Below, piece by piece: positions 9,532 to 18,729 of a stretch of 32,000 bases of DNA. Where the stretch lies: the NCBI RefSeq assembly GCF_000145295.1, contig NC_014408.1, positions 270,001 to 302,000 of the forward strand, written 5' to 3'. Each line of letters starts with the position of its first letter. Within the stretch, counting starts at the first letter, position 1. Made by a program: the position numbers and the translations under genes. Source of the DNA: Methanothermobacter marburgensis str. Marburg. Its GTDB lineage: Archaea > Methanobacteriota > Methanobacteria > Methanobacteriales > Methanothermobacteraceae. The notes under the pieces were generated by a model, which did no database searches, was not told where the DNA came from, and saw nothing but the letters and a program-made list of their open reading frames with translations.

Positions 9532-10611
9532 ATGGTCTCAATCAGGGATATATTCGATAAACTCGGGGGACTCACCCTGACATCCACGAAGAAGGTGGGT
9601 GAGGGCGTTCAGAAGCCCGTTAAGAAGATAGGTGAGATAAAGCCAAAGGCTCCCCCAATTGGAAAACCAGGGGGAATCCTGAAGAGGGAATCTAAGAAAC
9701 CAAAGCCAGGGTTTCTCTCAAGGAGGGGGTCAGCGAGGGTTATAAGCAGGATGAAGATGACCCCTGAGGAGATAGAAGTTTTCAAGGGCCTTATAGAGGC
9801 AGATAAGAGACTTGAAGAGAGGGGAGAGGATAGCGCAACCCGTGAAAGCTTTCAGAGGGCGTCCCTTGAGGAGATCCTGAAGGAGGAGGAGAAGGAGCAG
9901 CTCGACCCCAAACTCATAATGATACTTGGCGGGGGCTCAGGGGCGGTGCTGCTGATTGTGATGGTCGTCCTTGGCTTCGGGATCGAGATAGGCCTTGCAA
10001 TGATGCTGGCTGTCCTCTTCATGGCCATAATCATCATATTCCTCCCGAACCTTCAGAAGGGCAAACGTTCAAGTGAGGCTTCCAGGGAACTGCCCTTTGC
10101 ACTCCGTCAGATGGCCACTGAACTGAAATCAGGCCTTGGACTCCATGACAGTATGCGTTCAGTTGCAATGTCTGGCTATGGGGCCCTTTCTGAGGAGTTT
10201 GCGAGGACCCTTGAGGAGATCAAGTATGGTGAGACCACTGAGAGCGCCCTCATTGAGATGAGTAACCGCATAGAATCGGATGGCCTCAAGAGGGCCGTCT
10301 ACCAGATCACAAGGACCCTCAACAGTGGTGGGGATCTCTCCAAGACACTCAATGTTATTGCGGATGATATTGCCTATGAGATGAGGATGAAGCTCAAGGA
10401 TTATTCCCAGAAGCTCAACTCCTTCACCATGATCTACATGTTCCTTGCGATTCTGGGACCCGTCATATTCCTTGTAATGCTCCTAGCAGCATCCACTGTT
10501 ATGGGGTCGGTCCTGCCACCCATAGCCATTATACTGATATACCTGTTCCTCTTCCCAATGCTGGTGGGGTTCATGGCCTTCATGATCAAGAGGCTTGAGC
10601 CAAAACTTTAG
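9532..10611 (+). CDS. T2SS-F/TadC/FlaJ-like pilus platform membrane protein, single-domain (half-size) form
   Basis: 359 aa. A Lys/Pro/Glu-rich N-terminal region of roughly 130 aa is followed by TM segments flanking one cytoplasmic helical domain ([19 protein letters not shown]...ALIEMSNR...). This is the GspF/TadC domain pattern. It starts 12 nt after the ATPase gene. Confidence 0.75.
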   Translation: MVSIRDIFDKLGGLTLTSTKKVGEGVQKPVKKIGEIKPKAPPIGKPGGILKRESKKPKPGFLSRRGSARVISRMKMTPEEIEVFKGLIEADKRLEERGEDSATRESFQRASLEEILKEEEKEQLDPKLIMILGGGSGAVLLIVMVVLGFGIEIGLAMMLAVLFMAIIIIFLPNLQKGKRSSEASRELPFALRQMATELKSGLGLHDSMRSVAMSGYGALSEEFARTLEEIKYGETTESALIEMSNRIESDGLKRAVYQITRTLNSGGDLSKTLNVIADDIAYEMRMKLKDYSQKLNSFTMIYMFLAILGPVIFLVMLLAASTVMGSVLPPIAIILIYLFLFPMLVGFMAFMIKRLEPKL

Positions 10612-10630
10612 ATATATTGTGATACGGCAT

Positions 10631-11566
10631 TCATCGCTCCCGAAGCACATGTAGAAGTTCATGGTACTTCTCATCCCCGAGAAGGTGCATGAGTTTATGC
10701 TGTCTTTTTTCACCCAGAAAGTGAAGGAGCCTGTGGTATGCTTCTGCCCCAAGAAGGTGCAGGAGTTCATGGTATGCTTCCTCCACCGTTAGTTTAACAT
10801 CAACATCAAAGCCCGCCATTCTGAGGCGGTTCATGAGTTCAGCGGTCCTGGGAAGTCTTAAACTGGCTTTTCTTATTATTTCAGGCTCTCCAAAGATTTC
10901 ACCGGCTGTTCCCTCGGCTATGAGTTCGCCGCTGTTTAGAACAAAGATCCTTTCAGCGAACTGGCTGAGGATTTCAACGTCGTGGGAAGATATTATAACT
11001 GTTATGCCCTCACTGCTCAGTTCAAGGAGTATCTCGATTATCTCATCGGCAGTTTCAGGGTCCAGTCCTGTTGTGGGCTCGTCAAGGACCATTATTTCAG
11101 GCTTCATTGCCAGGATTCCTGCAATGGCCACCCTCTTCTTCTCACCACCGCTCAGATGGTGTGGCGCCCTTTCTTCATAGCCGGACATACCCACCCTTTC
11201 AAGTGACTCCCTGACCCTTTCCTCGACCTCATCTTCACTGAGTCCAAGGTTCATGGGGCCAAAGGCAACATCATCCCTCACTGTTGGGGAGAAGAGCTGA
11301 TCATCGGGGTTCTGGAAAACTATACCCACCTTTTGCCTTATCCTGATAAGTTCAGATTTGCTGTAATTGATTTTCTCTCCATCGATTATTATCTCACCGG
11401 CTGATGGCCTGAGTATTCCGTTGAGGTGCAGAAAGAGTGTTGACTTACCGGCCCCGTTGGGACCTATGACGGCAACCCGTTCACCTCTCCCTATTTCCAT
11501 GTTAATGTTTCTAAGGGCTGTGGTGCCATCTGGGTAGGTGTAGGTGAGGTTCTTCACCTGAATCAT
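10631..11566 (-). CDS. cbiO: ECF transporter ATPase (CbiO/NikO/EcfA family) with a C-terminal His-repeat tail
   Basis: 311 aa with Walker [10 protein letters not shown], signature LSGGEKKR and Walker B IMVLDEPT. An ATGA overlap links it to the upstream T-component gene. Confidence 0.9.
   Translation of the reverse strand: MIQVKNLTYTYPDGTTALRNINMEIGRGERVAVIGPNGAGKSTLFLHLNGILRPSAGEIIIDGEKINYSKSELIRIRQKVGIVFQNPDDQLFSPTVRDDVAFGPMNLGLSEDEVEERVRESLERVGMSGYEERAPHHLSGGEKKRVAIAGILAMKPEIMVLDEPTTGLDPETADEIIEILLELSSEGITVIISSHDVEILSQFAERIFVLNSGELIAEGTAGEIFGEPEIIRKASLRLPRTAELMNRLRMAGFDVDVKLTVEEAYHELLHLLGAEAYHRLLHFLGEKRQHKLMHLLGDEKYHELLHVLRER
10634..10783 (-). repeat. Four tandem 36-nt (12-aa) coding repeats forming the ATPase C-terminus
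   Basis: The units are [12 protein letters not shown] / [12 protein letters not shown] / [12 protein letters not shown] / [14 protein letters not shown]. The periodicity is also visible at the DNA level. Confidence 0.85.
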
Positions 11567-12357
11567 TTCATCACCGGAAGCGACGTCTGCATGACGTGAA
11601 GAACCGCAAGTATCATGATATTCGCAGCCACAAACAGCACTTCCCTTCTTCCTATCTTGGAGGCTGCTGTGTACATCCTGCTTTCAGGTGTGTAACCGCG
11701 GCTAAGCATGCTGAGATACACCCTTTCCCCTTGTTCATATGCCCGAAGGAACATCATGGCAATGGTTTCACCCACCTTCCTCAGCCTCCACCGGTAGGGC
11801 ACATTTTTGTTCCAGATATCAAAGCAGCGGGTTTTCTGGGCATTCCTTATTCTTTCAAGTTCGTCATAGAAGAAGAAGAGGTACCTGACGGTGAGGTTTA
11901 AGAGCATCGCAAAGTCGGAGGGGACACCGATTCTCCTTGCTGAGCCGACAAGTTCCTGCATTGACGTTGTTGAGGAGAGAAGTATCACTGCGGTCACACT
12001 CACAGTTACCTTCCCGAGAAGCAGCGCCCCGAAGATGATGCCCTGAAGGGTTATGTCAAATCCAAACGGCCCTGCCCAGATCACGTCCCCGGGCCTTATG
12101 AATGGCTGGAAGAGTGCTATGAATCCACCGAATGGGAGTATGAGAATGAGCCTTTTAATGGCATAGGATGGTGATACATTTGAGAGGAAGATCAATAAGA
12201 TAAGGTAAATCTCCATGAGGATGAGTGTTGTAATACTCTGCGTGGCAACCGCAAAGACGATTATGATAAATGTTATTATGAGCTTGACACGCCCATCAAG
12301 GCTGTGTATTGAACTCTCCTTAAGGCTTTCCCTCTCTATGTTTATGAGGTCTTCCAT
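11563..12357 (-). CDS. cbiQ: ECF transporter T component (CbiQ/NikQ/EcfT)
   Basis: 264 aa and polytopic. The C-terminal region has the Arg-containing EcfT-type motifs ([10 protein letters not shown]..., [19 protein letters not shown]). It sits between the N and O genes. Confidence 0.85.
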   Translation of the reverse strand: MEDLINIERESLKESSIHSLDGRVKLIITFIIIVFAVATQSITTLILMEIYLILLIFLSNVSPSYAIKRLILILPFGGFIALFQPFIRPGDVIWAGPFGFDITLQGIIFGALLLGKVTVSVTAVILLSSTTSMQELVGSARRIGVPSDFAMLLNLTVRYLFFFYDELERIRNAQKTRCFDIWNKNVPYRWRLRKVGETIAMMFLRAYEQGERVYLSMLSRGYTPESRMYTAASKIGRREVLFVAANIMILAVLHVMQTSLPVMK

Positions 12358-12385
12358 TCAGCTTCCCCACAAGTTTAATGAGGGG

Positions 12386-12697
12386 TTATTTCCCCTCATC
12401 AGGTTCTGTTTCCCTTTTACGTAGTATTACTCCAACGCCATAGGCGAGGCCCAGCACAATGGCAGTGCCCAGCACCATTGCTATGGAACCGCCAACCTTG
12501 CTTTCACCAAATATCGGGAGGGTGTAGTCTGGCAGCGGTGATTCAACCACAGGTTCAGTTTCAGGGTTGGGCATCACCTTCTTGGCTGTGCTTTCAAGTC
12601 CGTCAGGGTTTTCTGATGCAAGGAATGGTGCCAGAATGGCTATTATGAGGGCAATCAGGATGCCCCCTGCCATGAATTTTTTATCACGGGCATTCAT
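12386..12697 (-). CDS. Small two-TM PDGLE-domain protein (NikN-type auxiliary component in the CbiN position)
   Basis: 103 aa with an N-terminal TM, the literal PDGLE motif ([12 protein letters not shown]) and a C-terminal TM. An ATGA overlap links it to the M gene. It lacks the pattern I associate with classical CbiN. Confidence 0.7.
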   Translation of the reverse strand: MNARDKKFMAGGILIALIIAILAPFLASENPDGLESTAKKVMPNPETEPVVESPLPDYTLPIFGESKVGGSIAMVLGTAIVLGLAYGVGVILRKRETEPDEGK

Positions 12698-13344
12698 TTT
12701 GATGCAACCCCCTTCTTTTCACCCCATTCACTGAACTTGAAGAGATCGGGGCGGCTGTTTTCAATTGCAAGGACAACAACCACTGTTATTGCAGCTTCGA
12801 TGAGACCTATTACCGCGTGGTAGAGCCCCATCATCCAGAGTCCCTCCACAAGAGGGAAGGTACCTGCTATCCACATCTCTATGGCGCAGGCAATGGCGGC
12901 AAGGAATATTGAGGCCCATGATGCCACGGCGACTGCAGGAATTTCACCGGCTGATCTGAGTGCCCTGAACAGGTAGTAACCTGTGAATCCTCCGATTATA
13001 CCCATGTTGAAGATATTCGCACCAAGCGCAGTTAGACCACCATCACCGAATATGAGTCCCTGAAGTATCAGTACAATTGAGAGTAAAAGGACAGCTGCCC
13101 ATGGACTTGCAAAGACTATTGCAACGAGGGCCGCTCCAACCATGTGACCGCTGGTACCCCAGGGTATCGGTATGTTCATTGCCTGTATTGCGAATATTCC
13201 AGCTGCAAGAACTGCAAACAGGGGTATCTGTCTTTCTTTAAGGTCCCTTCTGGCCCACTGCATGCTGAAGTAGAGGGCTACAAGGGCTATGACCCAGTAC
13301 ACGACGTACTGTGGGAATGGTATGAAACCATCTGGGATATGCAA
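12694..13344 (-). CDS. cbiM: ECF substrate-capture component, CbiM/NikM family
   Basis: 216 aa. The TTG start gives the N-terminus MHIPDGF; Met1-His2 is the metal-binding N-terminus of this family. It has seven hydrophobic segments. SD GGAGG lies 9 nt upstream. Confidence 0.9.
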   Translation of the reverse strand: MHIPDGFIPFPQYVVYWVIALVALYFSMQWARRDLKERQIPLFAVLAAGIFAIQAMNIPIPWGTSGHMVGAALVAIVFASPWAAVLLLSIVLILQGLIFGDGGLTALGANIFNMGIIGGFTGYYLFRALRSAGEIPAVAVASWASIFLAAIACAIEMWIAGTFPLVEGLWMMGLYHAVIGLIEAAITVVVVLAIENSRPDLFKFSEWGEKKGVASK

Positions 13345-13475
13345 GATTCTTCGCCTCCTTATTATTTATATTAATTCCGTCATTATATCAAGGCCTTATA
13401 TAATATAAAGATTGGTGTGGGTATTACAATCTTCCTGTTTCATTTATATTGTGGTAATAATACACTTCGATTTCC

Positions 13476-13496
13476 AAACCCCATAAAATGGGTTTT
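13476..13496. promoter_or_regulatory. Imperfect 21-bp palindrome AAACCCCAT-AAA-ATGGGTTTT (candidate operator)
   Basis: The 9-bp arms have one mismatch. It shares the core CATAAAATG with the site at 13627-13645. Confidence 0.35.
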
Positions 13497-13616
13497 ATAA
13501 TGAGAGGACAGTTTCTTGAGTACAGCGTGAAATTGAGCTCAGAGTAGCTTTAATCATCGAGATCAGCTTTATTAAAAATGTCCTTGTTTTTATGTGCCAC
13601 GGCCAAATACACAAAA

Positions 13617-13624
13617 TTTATATA
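13617..13624 (+). promoter_or_regulatory. Consensus archaeal TATA box TTTATATA (candidate cdh operon promoter)
   Basis: It is preceded by an A-rich BRE-like ACAAAA and lies about 75 nt upstream of the cdhA start. Confidence 0.5.
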
Positions 13625-13626
13625 TT

Positions 13627-13645
13627 GATTTCATAAAATGAAAAC
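13627..13645. promoter_or_regulatory. Imperfect 19-bp palindrome GATTTCAT-AAA-ATGAAAAC (candidate operator between the TATA box and the predicted TSS)
   Basis: The 8-bp arms have one mismatch. It starts 3 nt after the TATA box. Confidence 0.35.
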
Positions 13646-13696
13646 CATCATTATAAATCATTAATAATTGTCAGTCTACATTTAGTAATACTGGTG

Positions 13697-16036
13697 ATGG
13701 ATGTGGCACCCGAATCAAAAAAAGCCAAGAACCTTAAAGGGGATTTCTGGGACCTTAAAAATATCCAGATATCCATAGGAGAAATTATAACTGAGGAAAA
13801 ACCTCAGGAGGAAGAGGCTAGGGGTCCAAAACCCCGCCCCCATGTTACCGACCTCAGGTCATGGGACATGAAGCTCCTTGAAAGATACGAACCATTCTAT
13901 GCACCTTTCTGTGACATGTGCTGCCTCTGCACCTACGGTAAATGCGACCTCCTCGGTAAGAAGGGAGCATGTGGTATAGACGCAGCCACCCAGCAGGCAC
14001 GCATAGTACTTCTCGCATGTCTCATAGGGACCGCCGCCCATGCGGGACACGCAAGGCACCTTGTGGACCACCTCATAGAGAAACTGGGAGAGGACTATGA
14101 AATAGACTTGGGCATGAATGTGGATATAGAGGCACCCATAACAAGGACCGTTATGGGAAGGAGGCCGCGGACCCTGGGCGACCTCATGGAGGTTATGGAC
14201 TACGCCGAGGAACAGATGTCACACCTCCTCTCGGCATGCCACACGGGACAGGAGGGCGACAGCAGGGACTTTGAATCGAAGGCATTCCATGCTGGACTCA
14301 TGGATGACCTCACGAGGGAGGTTGCGGATATCGCCCAGATAGTTGCCCTGGATCTCCCTAAGGGTGATGAGGACGCACCCCTCGTTGAACTGGGATTCGG
14401 TACAATAGACAACACCAAACCCGTGATACTCTGCATAGGCCACAACGTCCTCCCTGGAGCGGATATAGTGGACTACGTCACCGAGAGGGAACTCGAAGAC
14501 GAAGTTGAGGTATGCGGCATATGCTGTGCAGCAATAGATGTTACAAGGTACAGCGAGGCTGCCAAGGTCGTCGGGCCCCTCTCAAAGCAGCTCAGATTCA
14601 TAAGAAGTGGCGTGGCCGATGTGATAGTGGTGGACGAGCAGTGCGTGAGGACAGACGTGCTGGAGGAGGCCCTCAAAAACAGGTCAGCGGTGATTGCAAC
14701 AACCGATAAGATGTGCCTGGGACTACCTGATGTGACAGATGAGGACCCCGACAAAATCGTGAATGACCTCATAAACGGTAACATAGAGGGGGCACTAATC
14801 CTTGACCCCCATAAGGTTGGTGAGGTGGCAGTTAAAACTGCAATAAAACTGGCACCAATCAGGAAATCCCTCAAAAAATTGCCAGAGGTTGATGAGATAA
14901 TCCGGATGGCATCAGAGTGCACAGATTGCGGCTGGTGCCAGAGGGTCTGCCCCAACAGCCTCCCTGTCATGGATGCAGTTAAGAGCGCGGCCGAGGGTGA
15001 TCTGAGCAAACTTGAGGAGATGGCACTTGAGGAGCTCTGCTACACCTGTGGACGCTGCGAACAGGAGTGTGAAAGGGACATACCTATAGTATCCATGGTG
15101 ACAAAGGCAGGTGAAAGGCGCGTAAAGGACGAAAAATACAAGATAAGGGCTGGCCGTGGCCCTGCCCAGGATGTGGAGATAAGGAGGGTCGGCGCACCCA
15201 TACCCCTCGGGGACATACCCGGTGTCATAGCCTTTGTGGGTTGCTCAAACTACCCTGAGGGTGGAAAGGATGTTGCCCTCATGGCAAAGGAGTTCCTTGA
15301 GAGAAACTACATCGTGGTCACAACGGGATGCGGTGCAATGTCCATCGGGGAATACAGGGACGAGGATGGAAAGACACTCTATGAAAAATACGGTGGACAG
15401 TTCGATGCAAAGGGACTTGTTAACATGGGCTCCTGCGTATCAAACGCCCATATATCAGGTGCCGCCATAAAGATAGCCAACATATTCGCACAGAAACCAC
15501 TCGAGGGGAACTTTGAGGAGATAGCGGATTACATACTTAACCGTGTAGGGGCATGTGGTGTCGCATGGGGTGCCTACTCCCAGAAGGCGGCGGCCATAGC
15601 AACCGGTGTGAACCGGTGGGGAATACCCGTCGTCCTGGGACCCCACGGATCGAAGTACCGCAGACTGTTCCTTGGAAGGGCAGATGACCCAGAGAAGTGG
15701 AAACTGAACGACCTCAGAACAGGTGAGGTCATCGATGGGGAGCCAGCTCCAGAACACCTTCTCTATGCAGCGGAGAACCGGGAGGAAGCAACGGTGATGG
15801 TGGCCAAACTCTGCATAAGGCCAACAGACACACCCAAGGGTCGCCAGATGAAACTCAGCAACTACATAGACCTCCACAAAAAATACTTTGGCACAATTCC
15901 AGATGACATCGACAGGTTCATAAGGACAGAGAAGGACATCCCCATAGTCTACAAGAGGGATATCCTGAAGATACTGGAGGAGAAGAACTGGAAGCCAAGG
16001 AAGCTTCCAAAGGAACCCTCACTCCTTGAGAGGTGA
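13697..16036 (+). CDS. cdhA: CODH/ACS complex alpha subunit (Ni-Fe CO dehydrogenase catalytic subunit)
   Basis: About 780 aa. It has an N-terminal Cys cluster region ([12 protein letters not shown]) and an inserted 2x[4Fe-4S] ferredoxin motif ([23 protein letters not shown]). It is the first gene of a cdhABC-cooC-DE arrangement. The ATG at 13697 is preferred; an in-frame GTG at 13694 is also possible. Confidence 0.95.
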   Translation: MDVAPESKKAKNLKGDFWDLKNIQISIGEIITEEKPQEEEARGPKPRPHVTDLRSWDMKLLERYEPFYAPFCDMCCLCTYGKCDLLGKKGACGIDAATQQARIVLLACLIGTAAHAGHARHLVDHLIEKLGEDYEIDLGMNVDIEAPITRTVMGRRPRTLGDLMEVMDYAEEQMSHLLSACHTGQEGDSRDFESKAFHAGLMDDLTREVADIAQIVALDLPKGDEDAPLVELGFGTIDNTKPVILCIGHNVLPGADIVDYVTERELEDEVEVCGICCAAIDVTRYSEAAKVVGPLSKQLRFIRSGVADVIVVDEQCVRTDVLEEALKNRSAVIATTDKMCLGLPDVTDEDPDKIVNDLINGNIEGALILDPHKVGEVAVKTAIKLAPIRKSLKKLPEVDEIIRMASECTDCGWCQRVCPNSLPVMDAVKSAAEGDLSKLEEMALEELCYTCGRCEQECERDIPIVSMVTKAGERRVKDEKYKIRAGRGPAQDVEIRRVGAPIPLGDIPGVIAFVGCSNYPEGGKDVALMAKEFLERNYIVVTTGCGAMSIGEYRDEDGKTLYEKYGGQFDAKGLVNMGSCVSNAHISGAAIKIANIFAQKPLEGNFEEIADYILNRVGACGVAWGAYSQKAAAIATGVNRWGIPVVLGPHGSKYRRLFLGRADDPEKWKLNDLRTGEVIDGEPAPEHLLYAAENREEATVMVAKLCIRPTDTPKGRQMKLSNYIDLHKKYFGTIPDDIDRFIRTEKDIPIVYKRDILKILEEKNWKPRKLPKEPSLLER

Positions 16037-16041
16037 TCGGT

Positions 16042-16554
16042 GTGAATGACCGTATAATACCATGGCAGCCAACAGTTATAGCAGGCCCGAAACAGGCGAT
16101 GCTCGTAACACCAGAAACCGCAGTTATGATGATAAAAAAGGCCAAGAGACCATTGATGGTTGTGGGGCCCCTTGCAAAGCGCCAGCCAGTGCTTGAACAC
16201 ACAGTTAAAATCATCAGGCACTGGGACCTTCCTGTGGTATCCACAGCCGATACCTACAGGGTGCTGAAGGATGCGGGTGTAGATTCAGAGCCTCACGGGA
16301 TAGTGGAGATAACCAACCTCCTGAAGGACCCAGACTGGGAGGGTCTCAGGGGTGAGGGTCAGCATGACCTCGTCATATTCATAGGGTGCATCTATTACAT
16401 AGCATCCCAGGGCCTATCAACCCTGAAGCACTTCGCACCACATATAAGGACACTCACAATATGCAAGACATTCCACTCAAATGCAGATGCATCATTCCCC
16501 AACATGGATGATGATGAATGGTTCAGGTACCTTGAGAAGATGTATACTGACTGA
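16042..16554 (+). CDS. cdhB: CODH/ACS complex epsilon subunit
   Basis: About 170 aa, immediately after cdhA. The GTG at 16042 is preceded by SD AGGTGATC. The alternative GTG at 16033 overlaps the cdhA stop. Confidence 0.85.
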   Translation: MNDRIIPWQPTVIAGPKQAMLVTPETAVMMIKKAKRPLMVVGPLAKRQPVLEHTVKIIRHWDLPVVSTADTYRVLKDAGVDSEPHGIVEITNLLKDPDWEGLRGEGQHDLVIFIGCIYYIASQGLSTLKHFAPHIRTLTICKTFHSNADASFPNMDDDEWFRYLEKMYTD

Positions 16555-16572
16555 TGATAATGGAGGAATTCA

Positions 16573-17955
16573 ATGTTTGAAGACATACCCGTTGATGTAA
16601 GTCCCATGCACGAGGGGGAGCGGATAAGATCAGCAAACATGTTCGTTGAACTTGCCGGGCCCAAATCCATCGGAGCCGAACTGGTCCAGGTTAAGGATAG
16701 CGTTGAGGATGGAAAGGTGGAGGTCATAGGGCCCGAGATAAGTGAGATGGAACAGGGCCAGATCTATCCATTCGCCATAAACGTGGAGATAGCAGGAAGC
16801 GAACTCGAGGAGGAACTTGAAAGCGTTATAGAGCGGAGACTCCATGAACTCTGCAACTACGTCCAGGGTTTCATGCACCTCAACCAGAGGGACCAGATAT
16901 GGTGCCGTGTAAGCACAGAGGCAAGGGACGCAGGATTCATGCTTGAACACCTTGGAAAGGCACTATCAGTCCTCTTCAGGGAGGAGTTCCCAATAATCGA
17001 ATCAATATCAGTGACAATCATGACCGATGAGGACGCTGTTAAAGAATTCCTTGAAACAGCCAGGGAAAAGTATGAGATAAGGGATTCAAGGGCAAGGGAA
17101 CTCTCAGACGAGGACGTTGACGTATTCTACGGGTGCCTCATGTGCCAGTCATTCGCCCCAACACATGTATGCATCGTCACACCAGACCGGACAGCCCTAT
17201 GTGGTGCCATAAACTGGTTCGACTGCCGCGCAGCCTATAAGATGGACCCCGACGGTCCAATATTCGAAATTCAAAAGGGAGATGTAATTGACCCGGAGAA
17301 GGGAGAATATGAGAATGTTAACGCTGCGGTGGCAGAGAACTCACAGGGTACAACAGAGAGGGTTTACCTCCACAGCGTGTTCGGGTATCCACACACATCA
17401 TGTGGCTGCTTCGAGGCAGTGGCATTCTACATACCAGAACTGGATGGCATAGGCATCGTGAACAGGGACTTCAGGGGCGAAACACCCCTTGGAATACCAT
17501 TCTCTGCAATGGCAGGGCAGTGCTCAGGCGGAAAACAGGTTGAAGGGTTTTCAGGTCTCAGCCTTGAGTACATGAGGTCACCCAAGTTCCTGCAGGCAGA
17601 TGGTGGGTACTCAAGGATAATCTGGATGCCAAAGGATCTGAAGGAATCTGTCATTGACTTCATCCCTGAAGACCTGAGGGATAAGATAGCCACAGAGGTG
17701 GATGCAACATCAATAAAGGAACTCAGAAGGTTCCTTAGGGAGAAGGAGCACCCTGTCCTTGAAAGGGCACCAGCAGAAGTTGAGGAAGCTGAAGTCGTTG
17801 AGGAAGAGGAAACCCATGCTGAGGAGGCCCCCGTCACTGAGGGAATACCTGTAATGGCGTCCCCAGAGATCAGCCTTCCAGCAGCTGGCGGATTCAGGAT
17901 AATTCTCAAGAACGCAAAGATCTACGCTGAGAAGGTAATAATAAAGCGTAAATAA
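16573..17955 (+). CDS. cdhC: CODH/ACS complex beta subunit (acetyl-CoA synthase, A-cluster)
   Basis: 460 aa. The motifs CLMCQSFAPTHVC and HTSCGCFE (the Cys-Gly-Cys Ni site) are typical of ACS. It has an acidic C-terminal tail. Confidence 0.95.
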   Translation: MFEDIPVDVSPMHEGERIRSANMFVELAGPKSIGAELVQVKDSVEDGKVEVIGPEISEMEQGQIYPFAINVEIAGSELEEELESVIERRLHELCNYVQGFMHLNQRDQIWCRVSTEARDAGFMLEHLGKALSVLFREEFPIIESISVTIMTDEDAVKEFLETAREKYEIRDSRARELSDEDVDVFYGCLMCQSFAPTHVCIVTPDRTALCGAINWFDCRAAYKMDPDGPIFEIQKGDVIDPEKGEYENVNAAVAENSQGTTERVYLHSVFGYPHTSCGCFEAVAFYIPELDGIGIVNRDFRGETPLGIPFSAMAGQCSGGKQVEGFSGLSLEYMRSPKFLQADGGYSRIIWMPKDLKESVIDFIPEDLRDKIATEVDATSIKELRRFLREKEHPVLERAPAEVEEAEVVEEEETHAEEAPVTEGIPVMASPEISLPAAGGFRIILKNAKIYAEKVIIKRK

Positions 17956-17972
17956 TCAACCTGAGTGGTCAT

Positions 17973-18719
17973 GTGATAATAGCAGTAAGCGGCAAGGGCG
18001 GAACAGGAAAGACCATGGTTTCAGCGTCACTTGTGAGGATACTCGCAGCTACCGGTGCGGATGTCCTCGCAATAGACGCTGACCCTGATTCAAACCTTCC
18101 AGAGGCCCTCGGTGTTTCCGTAAGTGGAACGGTTGGTGAGGTGAGGGAACAGCTTAAGAGGGACACAGCAGCGGGTAGAATCCCCCCATCAGCCAACAAG
18201 TGGGATATCCTTGACTACAGGATAATGGAGTCAATAACCGAGACAGATGACTTCGATCTGCTCGTCATGGGCCGCCCGGAGGGGAGCGGATGCTACTGCG
18301 CAGTTAACACAATGTTGAGGCGGATAATCGAGAATATAGCAGAGAACTACGACTACATAGTGATAGATACCGAGGCGGGCCTTGAGCACCTCAGCAGGAG
18401 GACAACCCAGAACGTTGACGTTATGATGGTTGTAACCGACCCCTCAAAAAGGGGGATTCTAACAGCAAGAAGGATACTTGAACTATCAAGGGAACTTGAG
18501 ATAAAATTCAGGAAGGTATTCCTGGTTCTTAACAGGGTCCATGAAGGGGACCTTGAGAAACTTGAAATAGACGAGGACCTTGAGGTCATAGGCGTTATAC
18601 CCGAGGATCCCCTTGTTTCCAGGTATGACATGGAGGGCAGGTCGCTATATGAGCTGCCTGAAGACTCAGCAGCATTCAGGGCCATAAAAAAGGTTGCCGG
18701 GAAAATTTTAAGTCTATAG
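17973..18719 (+). CDS. cooC: CooC/AcsF-type Ni-insertion accessory ATPase (MinD/ParA fold)
   Basis: 248 aa with the deviant Walker A SGKGGTGKT and the CxC metal motif GSGCYCAVN. It occupies the same position between cdhC and cdhD as in other cdh operons. Confidence 0.9.
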   Translation: MIIAVSGKGGTGKTMVSASLVRILAATGADVLAIDADPDSNLPEALGVSVSGTVGEVREQLKRDTAAGRIPPSANKWDILDYRIMESITETDDFDLLVMGRPEGSGCYCAVNTMLRRIIENIAENYDYIVIDTEAGLEHLSRRTTQNVDVMMVVTDPSKRGILTARRILELSRELEIKFRKVFLVLNRVHEGDLEKLEIDEDLEVIGVIPEDPLVSRYDMEGRSLYELPEDSAAFRAIKKVAGKILSL

Positions 18720-18729
18720 AGGTGTGCTT

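Noticed and set aside
7933-9587. Long antisense ORFs opposite the pilus ATPase: 7933-8436 (167 aa), 8449-8859 (136 aa), 8798-9541 (247 aa) and others.
   Set aside because: All are embedded in a strongly supported gene. Their products are Ser/Pro/Gly/Tyr-rich mirror translations without motifs or RBS.
13421-13463. The inverted repeat GTATTAC...GTAATAATAC in the importer/cdh control region, considered as a NikR-type box.
   Set aside because: The arms are imperfect (an insertion in the right arm). The 26-nt spacing does not fit the NikR operators I remember. The CATAAAATG-core palindromes are better candidates.
13345-13693. A possible cobalamin or other riboswitch in the leader of the metal importer or of cdhA.
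   Set aside because: The region is very A/T-rich, lacks the extended conserved GC-paired helices expected of a riboswitch, and the importer's predicted 5' UTR is only about 25 nt. There is nothing I can support from the sequence.
14473-15009. Antisense ORFs within cdhA-cdhE, for example 14473-15009 (178 aa), 17427-17909 (160 aa), 18757-19179 (140 aa) and 20425-20784 (119 aa).
   Set aside because: They are shadow ORFs inside well-supported CODH/ACS genes, with Ser/Pro-rich compositions and no translation signals.
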